The notes under the pieces are model-generated. The model was not told the DNA's origin. It was given only the letters and a program-made list of their open reading frames with translations, and ran no database searches. From contig NC_073384.1 in NCBI RefSeq assembly GCF_028641065.1, forward strand, positions 17,112,001 to 17,176,000: 64,000 nucleotides of DNA, in the 5' to 3' direction. Position numbers and translations under genes: made by a program. Below, in pieces: positions 63,173 to 64,000 of the stretch (the stretch's first letter is position 1; every line of letters starts with the position of its first letter). The stretch is from Leucoraja erinacea (taxonomy: Eukaryota).

Positions 63173-63927
63173 AACTAATATATACATTGGAGTTCCTTGG
63201 ACTATCTTTGATCGGACTTCACTGGCTTTATCTAGCATGAAACGTTATTCACGTTATTCCCTTTATCGTGTATCTGTGGATGGCTCAATTGTTATTATGT
63301 ATTGTCTTTCCACTGACTGGTTGGCCCGCGAAAGACTTTTACTGTACCTTGGTACACATGACAATAAACTAAACTCAAACTCTAAAACTCAAGCTTGGCT
63401 TTTTCCTAAGCATTTCATAATATTTCATCACCCATGTACATACATCTTTTGGATTTCATGGGCTAATCTATTCCTTTTAATAACTCAAGTTATCCTCTTT
63501 CTCTCCTTATTCAGATTTGTTTCAGGAGGGATATGGGCCAAATGCAGGCAGGTGGGACTAGTGTAGCTGGGACATGTGGGCAGGTTGGGCAAGTTGGGCA
63601 GAAGAGCATGTTCCCACACTTTATGACTATTTGACTTTATGCTATTAGTTGGTAATATCTTCCATCTTTGACGACTCAAACCCAAAGGGTTCTTCATCCA
63701 CAAACCATTTGCGGAGACTATTTACACTTTTGATTTTTGTTCCCTTGTACTCGTCCTTTCACACACTTATCTATTTCCTAGCTGTTGCACTTTACACGCC
63801 AAGGATAACTTCTCCACTCTCTGTTTTACTGGGAGTGGTCACAGAATTCCCATGTGTCGGTGAGTCATTGCGTGAAGGTTGAAGTGTGAGCTGCTGTTAT
63901 CGTCAGTGTAGACAAACAATGACTTAC

Positions 63928-64000
63928 CAGTTACATTGAGCTGGGATCCTGCTCCATAGATGTAACTCCACACACTGCAGTTGTAGACAGCAGTGTCATT
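63928..64000 (-). CDS. 3' end of germline-joined VJ-type Ig exon (V1), runs off the window
   Basis: NDTAVYNCSVWSYIYGAGSQLNVT, G|GTAAGT perfect phase-1 donor; F-strand Cys and J-like YGxGxxLxV motif. Confidence 0.88.

Noticed and set aside
57900-64000. Recombination signal sequences flanking the V exons
   Set aside because: No CACAGTG heptamer with a correctly spaced nonamer follows either F-strand Cys; the J-like strand and splice donor follow directly.

Overview
Repeat-dense vertebrate genomic DNA, most likely a cartilaginous fish such as a skate or ray. This is inferred from the CR1/HER1-type LINEs, HE1-like SINEs and Penelope-type repeats. Most of the window is transposon-derived: CR1 and Rex1 LINEs, a complete but decayed Mag-clade Gypsy element (945-5750), a related mini-LTR element and its solo LTR, Tc1, hAT and pogo-like elements, and Penelope and DIRS remnants. 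About 17-18 kb is present twice (copy A ~19013-36418, copy B ~38281-56867), separated by a 100-N gap and containing low-quality or artefactual stretches. Scattered among the repeats on the minus strand are short exons, mostly missed by the ORF track, that splice in frame into a non-rearranging immunoglobulin-superfamily receptor. It has two antigen-receptor-like V exons, each already fused to a J-like strand (63928->64000, and 62005-57960 split by 3.7 kb of nested CR1), then a transmembrane exon (54304-54170) and tyrosine-motif cytoplasmic exons. The TM/cytoplasmic half recurs in copy A. This germline-joined VJ-VJ-TM-Tyr receptor locus is the main finding; the copies visible here look pseudogenised. 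All calls were made by eye without database searches, and repeat boundaries without TSDs are approximate.
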